A DNA stretch of 64,000 nucleotides. Source: Tubiluchus corallicola. Lineage: Eukaryota > Animalia > Priapulida. Shown piece by piece: positions 12,300 to 24,460 of the stretch. The position numbers were made by a program, and so were the translations under genes. Under the pieces are notes generated by a model that searched no databases, was not told where the DNA came from, and was given only the letters and a program-made list of their open reading frames with translations. Location of the stretch: NCBI GenBank assembly GCA_030141605.1, contig JAQGDQ010000607.1:56460-120459 (forward strand), given 5' to 3'. Numbering within the stretch: position 1 is the first letter of the stretch; every line of letters starts with the position of its first letter.

Positions 12300-13295
12300 G
12301 GTAAAAATGGCATAGGAAAAATGGTACAAATGGAAAAGTAGGAAAAAAGGCAAATAATTGTTAAGATATTCTGATTCAAATAATTTCTATAATAAAAAGA
12401 TGCAGAATAAGTTCAGTAGGAATCACATCTCTGCCAAGGTCAAAATACCTTAAACACGTTCGTCTGATTCTTTTGTGAGAAAAATATAAAACAATTGTAA
12501 ACAAGCCATTATGCAAATGTACCTATAATGAGTGTTATAATTATAGACCAGCAACTCACATAATATTTTGTTCATTAAACAGAATTATAATCATCTATAC
12601 ACGTACATTATACAGGTAATGGTACATTTCTTTAACCATTTGGGCATAGTATAATGGACTCAAATGAGGTAGGATTATGAGGCTATTTTTATGCGTAATC
12701 AATAGTTATAAACAGCGTTACACTATTTTCTGAGCGAGAATCTCGTAATGGAACATGGCAACTCGCACTAAGTTGTTTGTCGTAGTACAGATAATAAAAA
12801 AGATTCAATTACGATCATTACTTGTGGCCAACTTCTCATTTCATTTTCCAAAGAGCATGACACTTCTTCTGAGACATTCATGAAGTGCTTCAGAAAATAA
12901 ATTTAATTTTTTTTGTGTGTGACGTATTTTGTCAAGTCTTGCAAAAATATCAGGCGAAAAGACATATATTTTAGCAGTTTTTACCTGCTGCCAGGACTCT
13001 TGCATCTTTTTTGTCCCATACCGGCCTCTCCACAAATTTTGTAGAAAATTCTTAAGTAGTTTTCGCATAATAGGCTCACACGTTACAGCTATATATAATA
13101 GACAAAAAACCGCCAAAACAACAAACAACGTTGTAGCACAACTTCCTAGCAGATGTGAACATAATTGAAAAAATTCTTAAAATAATTACAGTAAACCTAG
13201 CATTTAAACTTATATTGGATAAGTGAGCAATTTTTTTCTTTCTTTTCAATTTGTGCCCTTTCTTCTTCTGTGTTTTTTCCTGTGCTATTTTTACC
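12300..13295. mobile_element. About 1-kb non-autonomous TIR element between PDIA5 and SerRS
   Basis: Left GGTAAAAATGGCATAGGAAAAA; right TTTTTCCTGTGCTATTTTTACC (reverse complement GGTAAAAATAGCACAGGAAAAA, 20/22 match). Confidence 0.6.
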
Positions 13296-13585
13296 CGTAA
13301 AATTTCTGCCGCGCACCCGTATTGGCATATTGTTGGTTTATTATTGTTGGAATGTTGAGCAGGATTATCTTTGCGGGCGTCATAGTCGTCACAAAAAACG
13401 TTTCTTCGAGCAGCCACGGAAGTAAGTTCACCGTTTCTCAACGTTTGAAGGGTTCTGTTGTTGAATGTCGGCGTGGTTGACTGTCTGATGAAATTATTTT
13501 AGTCTTACTTGTGAATCAGTATTTTTGGTGTTTTCTGTCGGTTTTTGAGGAAATACTTTTGTTAATACAGTGCAGTGTACTAAAT

Positions 13586-13721
13586 ATGGTGTTGGACGTG
13601 CAACTGTTTCGTACTGAGCATGGTGGTGATCCCAGTAAAATTAGAGAAAACCAAGCAAAGCGATTTCAAGACGTCACTCTTGTTGATAAAGTGCTAGTAG
13701 CCGATACAGCATGGCGCAAAT
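13586..13721 (+). CDS. SARS1: SerRS exon 1
   Basis: 136 nt; [27 protein letters not shown]...AWRK; donor GTATAT. Confidence 0.93.
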
Positions 13722-16700
13722 GTATATGGCTATTAGTAATTATTATTTTTTTATTTGATTACGAAAACACCAAACAACAATACAATATAGCAAAATGCAT
13801 TATGATGACATGGCATACATAGTTAATATTAGTAACAATTAAAGATTTTTTTAACTTTTATGGCAATTCTAAATAGTCTTCATAGTCAGTTTACTTCATA
13901 CAGTGTCCAATGCAGTACTTGTCCTGTTGTATCCTATCAGTATCAATTATACATTTAAATCAAAACCACGTCAGCTATTTCTTAGCCCTCACTTTATATG
14001 TAACGTAACCATGTCACTCACTTTATAACCCACACCACATTATATATATCACACCGCCCATACCCCACCATGTCACTCACTATAAAACCCACACCACATT
14101 ATATCACACCGCCCATACCCCACCATGTCACTCATGTACGTTATGTGTATATGTATGTATGTATGTGTCACAACAGTTCATCACTGCCTTTGTCAAACAT
14201 AGATGCACAACACACAAACATACTGAGTATTGAAGTCTGTCGCAAAAAGGCTCTGTAATGTTGTCAGCAAATGTGAAAACGTGGCAACTGTCGTCTTGGG
14301 TTTCCTAAGTGCTACAATCAATGAAAATACAGGGCACATGAGTATTGAACTGGCATGCAATCGAACACTTTCACTACATATACATTATAATTCATCTGTG
14401 CATGCAGCTTAAGTAGCGAGTTTAATGTGTTGCTAATGGCTGCAAAGAGAATGGTTTAAAAAAGTTTAAAAAGCAGTAATATTATGCGCTGGGTCAACTG
14501 AATTTAGTTTAGTTTAGTTTATTATTATCACATTCAGTACAATATAATGACATTAAGCACACAGTGACATCAAAATTATTACATCATACTGTATCAAATT
14601 GTTATGTTTCATACACTATCATTATCATAAAAGAATAATTGTACTGCAGTGGGCTAGAGAAGCAAAGGCCACTGTCATGTAAACCCGATAAAAAAAGAAT
14701 GGATGAGTGAACAAAAAAAGAACTGGGAGAAAGGTTAGATCACACAGGAAGGGTAGAAGGATGAGTTAGTGGAAATGGTAGGAAGAAAGTTAATAGATTG
14801 CTCTGTGTTGACTTTTCCTTTAACTGTAATAATTAAACTTGTTAGTAGTAATGAACATGAAAAAAAATTAGTGGGCGAATAAACTGAATAGCGTTTAATT
14901 TTTTTTCAGTGCGATTTCAAGCAGATTTATGGAACAAGTTGAAGAACTTATGCAGCAAAACGATTGGTGAAAAAATGAAGGTTAGTAAAAAAATTCGAAT
15001 TCAGAACTGTTTTATTACCTTACCTTAGACCTTAGTCCTTCCCATGCACGGATGCACATTGGGCAGACAGCATTTTCCACTGGGTTCTATCGGCAGCTTC
15101 TCTTTCGATGTTCTCCCAATGTCTTTTCATAGCCCGAAGGTCTTCTTTGAAATATCTGCATCACGTTGTTTTTGGCCGACCTCTTTTCCTTTTTCCACCA
15201 GGTGGTTCCCAGCGTAACGCTATTTTGGAGTGGCGTTGTTCTGATAGGCGTAGAATATGTCCAGCCAATCTCGGCCTTCTCTCTGCGACTATTTCCTACA
15301 GCCGCCTTGACTGCGCCTGCTGTAGGACTTCCACATTGGTAACATGGTCGCGATAGGATATTTATTATTTGTAGTAAAATATTGTTTTGAAAGTTTCGGG
15401 ATTTGAGCTATTCCTTCTTATTTATTGCGTTGTTTTCATTTCACTGCCAACTTAATGCGAAACTGCACAGCTGCAATAGAAATTACAAGGATGAGAATTT
15501 TCCATGGATACGCGGAATTCCGAGTTTTTGGAAGACCAGTAGTGCCATTTTTGTAAATCGCGTAAATTCGTTGAGAAAATTTTTACGGACCCAGTACATT
15601 ATTTCACAAGCTGACCGCTAGTTGGTAGACCATCACTTTGTTTACATCACGTACATGAGGGTGACCACGTGTGACCAGTGTGACCTCTATGTATAAAAAT
15701 ATGGAATAAATTGTGTGGAGTTATTTGAGTCAATTGCAGACAATTTTTATATACTTTTGCATAGGAGCGGCCAGTACTTAGGCGTTTTTGAGACAATTAG
15801 GTATCATGTGTCCTTGATGGATGGGTATTTTAAATTATGTATCAAACAAGATAATTGATATTTTAAGTCCACTTAGAGGTTCTCTATGGTCACAAAATTG
15901 TAATTTGTTGCTGCGTGCGGCCTGTTTCAGAGTTTTTTTGCAATTTGTAATTCTCTTCGGCGCGAGTCTGAGAACTTGACATTCGCATTGATTTCAAAGT
16001 TGCTTTTTGTTTCAGAAAAAGGAAGCTGTTGGGGAAGACGATGCGCTACCAAATGACATGAAGGAAAATCTTGAGAAGCTCACCGCCGAAACGTTACAGG
16101 TAAGGTGATAGCTTTGAAACCAGAAAGTCGTGGGTTCATGTCCTAGCAGAGCAGCAAACTGTTTCAGCTTTTCTAATTTTGTATTGCACTCGTGTGTTAA
16201 TGAATTTAGTGCAATTATTGTAAAACGTGTATTTTTTGTAAAGAACCGTGGCCGACTTCGCAAAGTCGTCACTAAGGTTGTTGTTGTTGTTGTTGGCATC
16301 CTTCTGTCTCGGAAGACAATGGAGTGTGCGCCAAGAGTCAGCTGTTGATCACATTGATGGAGCTGCAGCGTCGACTGTGGCTGAGCAGTGCGATCCTTGA
16401 ACGTCTCCAGGGCACCAGGTTGGCTGCAGGAGCTGCTGCAGTCAGTGAGCATGCTGCACTGGTCCACCTTCGGGGCTCCACTCCTGATTTGGAAGCTTTA
16501 CTCCTCTACACATGGCCGTTGAGTCACTTGACCTCCTCTGCCTTCTAGCCATTGGCTTCTTGTGCAGCTCCTCCGCCTAGTGTCGAGATACAGTGTGGGC
16601 ATCCCGCAAGCCTATCCAAGTACTACCCAGGCTCTACGTTGCTTAACTTCGGTGACCAGACGAGAACCGGTGTTTTTAACGTGATTTGGCCGTAGTCGTC

Positions 16701-19700
16701 ACTAAAGTAACATCATTATTACGTTCACTTAACTGTTAAAACGACGTCGTTAAATTTGTGACCATTTTGTGAAACTGTGCCCTGATCTGGAGGTACTTCA
16801 CTGAAAAAAATAATTTGCTTCAAAGTAACTTTTGTTTCACGAGGCAAGAGATAGTATCATTTGAAATTCTATAAATACAATCATTTGCATGTTTTGAAAA
16901 GTTTAAGACCAAAGTGATTTTTTTCATGAAAATTGACAAAACCATCGTTTAACACGGTTCCATCTAAAACCTATTCATATATTCTTCTAGAAAAATATAC
17001 TACAGCATAGTTTGTATGTTTTTATCCAAAAATAGTCACAGTCCTTGAACATTTTAGTACCTTGTTTGGCCGCCGAAGTTGTCAATCACTGCCTTCATTC
17101 TAAGAGGCATACTGGAAATTAGGTTTTGGCAGTACTCTGAAGTAATTTCTTTAACCCAAACGTGCTTGATAACTCTTCGCAAGTCTTCAGCACTTGATGG
17201 CTGCCTGTCTGACCACTAGCAGTATGATGCAATCAACAAAGAATCTGATGCAATCAGGGTACAGTATGATGAAAAACCCGAAAACTCGAGCTTGGTCTTA
17301 TTGGTAGATATTGTACGTTTAATCTGTTGTATTCAGCGATTAACAGTCATACAGATAAAGAAAATCAGAAAATCTGAAAAACTGTGTGCCTTTGCGACGA
17401 TTTGAACCCATCACGTTCTGTTTTCCGGGCAGCTGTGTCGTGGTGCAATTTTATTGGTAGATATTGTACGTTTAATCTGTTGTATTCAGGGATTAACAGT
17501 CGTACAGATAAAGAAATTGAGAGGACTTGTTGACGAAGAGATGTCAAAATGTAACTCTTCATTAGCGGAAAAGGAGAAGGAGCGAAACGAGAATATTCAA
17601 GAAATTGGAAACATTCTTCACGAATCTGTGCCTATTAGTAATGATGAGGTAAAGTAGGATTTTGTATTTTGCGCTTCCGTAGATTTTGTAGAAAGTGCAC
17701 TTTGGGTTGAACATTCGTACTTTCAACCGCCATTACGAATGCAGTTCTTTAGCGAATTTAGTCGTGTAATACACGGTTGGAAAGCCCATGAAATTCTCTA
17801 TCTAACATAGTTAATTAAAAAGTAATGTAACGTGTAAAAAATAACTCAAACCCTAGTTGTAAAATCGCCATATTCGGACTTGCAACGATACTTTTTCCGG
17901 AGTCCAAAAAGCCATTTTCGTTGCAGTATTTAATGGAAACATCCTTCAAGAATCCGTTCCTATTAGTAATGATGGGGTAAAGTAGGATTTTGTACTTTTT
18001 ACATTTTTGTGCAAAAATTTGTTTCAGTTAACTACTGTTTTAAATAAAATTTGTGTGTTTGCAAACCAAAACCGTCCATAAGTCGGCATAGTTAAAACTG
18101 TGTTATGACGCGTCAAAGTAGAATGACCCAGAAACTTGGTCAAATGTCAATTTTTTTGTACTTTGTAAAAACCAACGCTAAATATATTGGATTTTTATAT
18201 TCTAGCATCAAATTATCAAGAAAGTGTTAAAAAAATACTGAAAGTCTAATTTTATAGCCCCGTATCCGTTTCTCGGGCTAAAAACTAGTATTGCAATTGT
18301 AAAAAATCTTCTATTTTCAATCTCCAATAGTAACTCAAGGAAGCAGTCATTTTGCTTCTGGTTTTTCTGCTGCCAAGCCCAGATGTCCGTCAAGAAGAGC
18401 CATCTACTGCATTTAGACAAAATTCCAAAGCGTTCGTGCAAAGTCCATAGCAACCAACATAGTGTTTCAATAAATTCGTTTACACTTTTATTAGATAAAG
18501 ATAATTTTAAAAATCAAGAAAGATCTGCACAAAATGTTACGCTTAGTGTCACGCTGTCATGTTTAGTGATCGTGTTTCCATGTTTTAGATTTTTCTACCA
18601 GAACTTAATGGTTTGTCATCGGTATTATAAGAATATTGCAGTTTTTTTTTGTTCAAAGAATCTTAAGACTTTTTTCTTGTAATATCTCAACAAAGTTCTT
18701 CAGGGATGAGAATTTTCTGCGGATACGTGGAATTCCGAGTTTTTGGAAGACCAGTAGTGCCATTTTTGTAAATCGCATAAATTCGTTGAGAAAATTTTTA
18801 CGGATCCAGTACATTTTTTCACAAGCTGACCTCTAGTTGGCAGGCCGTCACTTTGTTTACGTCACGTACATCAGTGTAACCACGTGTAGATCTCTATGTA
18901 TAAAAATATAGAATCAATTGTGCGGAGTTATTTGAGTCAATTGCAGACAGTTTTTATATACTTTTGCATAGGAGTGGCCAGTGCTTAGGCATTTTTGAGA
19001 CAATTAGGTATCATGTATCCTTAATAGTTGGGTATTTTAAATTATGCATGAAACAAGGTAATTGATATTTTAAGTCCACTTAGAGGCTCTCTATGATCAC
19101 AAAATTGTAATTTGTTGCTGGCTCCAAAGGGGCTTTGCCTTGGACCCCTTGAAATGCAATTGCAATTTGTTGCTGTTTCAGAGTTTTTCTTTGCAATTTG
19201 TCATTGTCATCCCTGGGTCTTGTATGGTGAATGTTATTAGATTATTAGAATGCCAGACTTGATTATCTCCAATTTAATAGCGGAAGCAACAGCAACATTG
19301 TTTTATTGCACCGTTTTTTTTTACTTTTTCGTGTTTGCTTATAAGCAAGTATTGCAGTGTGTAAAAATTGTTTCGATCGGTTTCCATAGATTGACCATAT
19401 AAAAAAATTACTGTATTTTCACGATGTTTTGCTGCTTAACTGGACCACATTGACTTTTGCACATTTGTCAATAACTCCTTGTGGTGTGTTACTAAAACAG
19501 AATCTTGTAAATAAACAAATAGTCGTTCGTTAATTTGTTATTAAACACTAGTACTGAATATTAATTTTATTTGTACACAGATGCACACACATACGTACAC
19601 CCATACATGCACTCACACACCCACGCATGGCGCACCCATACATGACTCGCACACCCACGCATGTGCGCACTCACTCAAATAAGCATGTACTTATATTCAG

Positions 19701-20734
19701 AAACCAATTCATAATGCATGCAAAGCAAGTTTAAAAATTGTTTTGCGTCTGCATTGGGACTCGAACCTGGGCCTTCTGATTTCCGGGCAACAATCCTTTT
19801 GATGATGCACTTCCGTTCTCTGATGTGACTTTTCTTCTCCAGGATGAGAACCGAGTGGAAAGAACATTTGGTGACTGTAGCTTGAGAAAGAAATACTCGC
19901 ATGTCGACTTGGTTACAATGGTCGACGGTTACGAAGGTGACCGCGGGGCAGCTGTCTCTGGAAGCAGGGGTTATTTTTTAAAGGTGTGCTCGGGTGAATT
20001 TTTAATGTTTTCATTAAATAACCAATTTCTTCGATAAAATTATGTATTAAAGTATTTCTCGTCAAACTACACCAGTAGTGTTTTTATCGAAATGAAAGAA
20101 TGATTAGTTTACCTCTGTCAGTCTGGTGGTTGATGCATAAAAATGGTGCAGTTATAGTTACACTGTTGCATATTTTTTCCCATTCATATTAATGGTTTTT
20201 GAGATTTAAACTTTTTATAATCCTGGTACAGATTATGCAAAACAAGGCATCATTGATAAATCTTTAGAGCTGATGTCAACATAGCGCAATTTATTATCTT
20301 TCTTCCTACCATTTCCACTAACACATCCTTCTACCCTTCCTGTGTGATCTAACCTTTCTCCCAGTTCTTTTTTTGTTCACTCATCCATTCTTTTTTATCG
20401 GTTTCACATGATAGTGGGCTTATACAAGCCTTTGCTTCTCTAGCCCACTGCAGTACAATTATTCTTTTATGATAACGATAGTGTATGAAACATAACAATT
20501 TGATACAGTATGATGTAATAATTTTGATGTCACTGTGGTTAATGTCATTATATTGTCTACCGCCTTCCGTCCCTTACTAGAAAAACACAGGAACATAAGC
20601 AGCAGTTTGCTGCCTTCTGTAGTGAAAGGGTTAAAGTTTGTGTGCCGTTAATATTTAATCATTTAATAATATGTAGTATTTATTACTACAAGTATAATGT
20701 ATAATTTAATCTCTTCTCCCCCACTTAAGCTTGA

Positions 20735-20828
<94 letters not shown>

Positions 20829-23800
20829 ATATATATATATATATATCATTGTATATACAAGTAAGCAATATGGTGCATTGTAATACAAGTAAGTGGTACA
20901 TTGACAGATAATCACATCATTCATATTTATAACTATTTAAGAAAAATTTTTTCACTCTTTTAGGCTCATTCAAAGTTGTAATTACATATTATGTTTTCCT
21001 TTCTCAACTTTCAGGTTCATTGCTCTGATACCATTGCTATTATTACATCATTTACTTCATCCTTATTTACATTAAGTTATCTACAGAAGCATGCATAACT
21101 ATAATCATTTTTTCATTTAAGTAAGAAGTGTGTTAATGACCGTATGGTCGTACACCCACCTCGCACTACTCAAATTATTTTATTTAAAGTTTATTAATGT
21201 GTTTGATATTGTATTTTTTGATGTGTGAAAATAAATTCATAGTTCATAAAATCACTTGATTCACTTTATTCTTGTTTTTCTAGGGTCCGCTTGTATTTTT
21301 AGAGCACGCCATTTTGCAGTTAGCCATGCGTATTCTTTACCAGAAGGGATATACACCATTGTACACGCCGTTCTTCATGCGTAAGGAAGTGATGCAAGAG
21401 GTGGCACAGCTCAGTCAGTTTGACGAAGAACTGTATAAGGTGAAAAACGAACAAATAAAGCTTGAAAAATATTTTAGCTACATTATGTTCGTTTGTGATG
21501 TCACTAGTCAATAGTTGGGTTCGCCCGCCGTTAATTAAGATCTTAATTACTATCTAATTATCAGAAATGCTTTAGCAGTATTATAGATGTTAAAATCTGT
21601 ACCATTAACCATACTTGAAAATGGGGCAGTATATGAAAAATTGTACCGTTTTCCTTTAATAAAAATTATATCTGCACAACAAATACGTCATTAACCAATT
21701 ACCACGGACTATTACGCAGGTACAGTAGTCGCCGCTTAATAGACTCACTTTAGGACCGAAGTATTTTGACCCAATTAACCCACTGAATCTATTAACCGAT
21801 GGATGTCGTATTACAGGTATAGAAGTATGAGGCATCAGCTTACTATGCACTGCAAAGGCTTTTAATGAATTTTAGAAAAGAAATAATGCCTAAATTCCTT
21901 TGTGCAGTTAAAAATTAGAAAAAAATGTTTTATAATATTAATTTATATACGTGAATTAACAATAAATTAAAAAGTGTACTTTTCTAAATCACACAAGTCT
22001 GTTTATTTTGTAAAAATTACAAAAAATCATTTTGCCTTGCTGAATGCTCAATTTCAGATCGTTTTTTTAATATTCTGCCGAGAGTACTTTGGGAAAATTT
22101 CAACTGTGCTGCTGCACACCTCTGCCCCATCTTTGGAAGTTTATCGTACTGCTCTAAAATTTTCTGTTTCTTCTTAACTGTTAGATCTTTACGCTTATGC
22201 TCCATTTTTCAAACTTCTTAACTCTATGCCCTTATTTCCTGTATGATGTTTACTCTTGTAAGTCACAAGGAATACTGGCTGATTACTGTACCTACACCTT
22301 TGACTATTAACTCATTGAGCCTGAAAGTGTGATTTGTAACTAGAGCATCAAAACGAAACCGCTAGGCAAGTGATTAAATGTTTAGCTTCCAGAAATTCTT
22401 TGGGTAACGAGGTTAATTGCAGTGGACGAGCGGGTAACAAATTTAAAGCAAAACCGCTACACTAGTGTATTAGCGCATGATAAACGTACCTGTTTACAAA
22501 CAAAACGGTACTTAATATGATTGTTTCTGTATACCTAGTGCACAAAAGGGAAGTAAAGATGACATAAAAGTAGGAAAGGCTCTTTTAGCACATACAAATA
22601 TCTTATTTTAAGTAGGTGAAGGAAAAATATCGAGTCAATCACCGATAGTTTTTATGTATATTTGAATAGAGGTGGCCCGTTCCAGGCGTTTTTGAGTCAA
22701 TTAAGCGATTGAGTCTATTAACCGTGAGTCTATTAAGCAGCGACTATTGTATTACAGCTGTGGCAGTGTATGAATGTATGCTGTACTGTGACAACTTTCA
22801 GCAGACTAATGAAACTGTCTCTCTTTTAAGTCACTTTTATGAAATATAAAGTCAAATGAAGTGCAACTTTGGGGCCAACGATCGGCTACACACTCTAAGT
22901 AAGCGTCACGTCTGGCTGTCCGAGTTCAACTCAAATTAATTTATCACTTTTAACGTAGAGGAATGCTGGCAAAGTATTCGATACTGTTAAGCGCGCCACA
23001 CACATCATTGTGTGACCAAAATGTATTCTGTCATGAATTTGAACTCTGAAGCGAATACGATAATTTGACTATCACGACTTTTTCCAAGCTGGTTAAGCAA
23101 GAGAGATGATTTGCTTTCCTTCCTACTAAAAAACTACTAAAAAAATCGATAGTTAAGTGATTGAGTCTATGTTGTGGAGATCGCTGACATCTATTAGAAT
23201 TAAATAGAACATTGTAGAATGTTCCATTAGAATAATCATCTTACCTTGTAGAATGTTCTGGAAAGAAGCTTTAATGTAATCATACAGATTCTCACGGACG
23301 CACACTTACACATTCTCTTGTATACTTACATTTTCAGATGCACTTAAACGTTTTCCAGATTTTCACGTTTAGTGTAATCATTTCGCGTACCTTCATACTT
23401 TTGTGTTGTAGAATTCTCGCTTAATGAACGAGTTTAATTTGATGAAGTGTTTTCTGGTTTTCTCTACATTAGGTAAAGTTTGAAAAAATAATCAGAGCAT
23501 TCGTAGCATACATGTTGTTAATTAACTCAAATTTTAAATAACCGTATCTTGTCAATAAGATTAAAAATGCGTTTTTGGCTAGTGAGTGGTGCCTCCTGGA
23601 GGGTGAGTCAGCAACATTTTACCAATTGGCAAGAACATTTTAAATTATTAGTCTAATTACATAAGTCTTTCCAGCAGGTAAGTGAAATGCTAAGTAATAC
23701 AGATTTGCATGGAAAGTACTTTGGGACATAATTTAATATTTCCTTTTCTTCCCCTGATCTACATTTGCTGCTCATGTAATGGCGCCTTCGGGAGATTTAA

Positions 23801-24422
23801 AATGAAAACAGACAGAAATGAAATTCTTTACATTTTAATTACAGTCAAATTATCGTACATATACGCATAAAATTGCTATGAGGTAATATAATTTTTTAAG
23901 CCGATTTTTCTGAAACCTACTTCAGGTACCCCTTTTCTCGTCCTTTAAGTACAGTTATTAATATATAGACTAGCAAATGCCCCGCAAAAAAATTTGCGTA
24001 CAGATACACTCATAATCAAAAATACGCAAACGTCCTACCTAGTGTTTGTTTACTTACCTAACGCAAAGCCAGCAGCAGCTTTTACTGAATTAAAGCTATA
24101 AGATTATAGGCAGAGTATAATGGATGACGTCAGAACAATGGCTTTGCGTCAACAGAAAATAGAACATCTAATTAACTCGTCGGTACTCCTCTTGGTGGAC
24201 GATTACTATAATATAGACCACATCATTGTGTAGCCCTATTCTTCCTCTTTCTAAAGAGCTATATATCTCCATCCAAGAGTCCCACCAGGCGCCGCTAGAA
24301 TGTTTTTTCTGCGGGCTGTTTGACCAAAATTTCGAAAAAAATCGCGAGTTGGGTCCGGGAAAACGCCCGTTACGGGACGCCGTGACCCTCTATATGCCGT
24401 CGTCGGAGCTGTAGCCTCGAAT

Positions 24423-24460
<38 letters not shown>

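Noticed and set aside
13722-14909. U12-type introns suggested by GTAT donors (SerRS intron 1 GTATAT; PDIA5 intron 2 GTATTT)
   Set aside because: Neither has GTATCCTT or a TCCTTAAC branch site, and both have ordinary pyrimidine tracts. A past U12-to-U2 conversion cannot be tested here.
16611-16697. Functional 5S rRNA gene
   Set aside because: Only nt 1-87, box C truncated, no T-run terminator, fused to a retroposon body with TSD.
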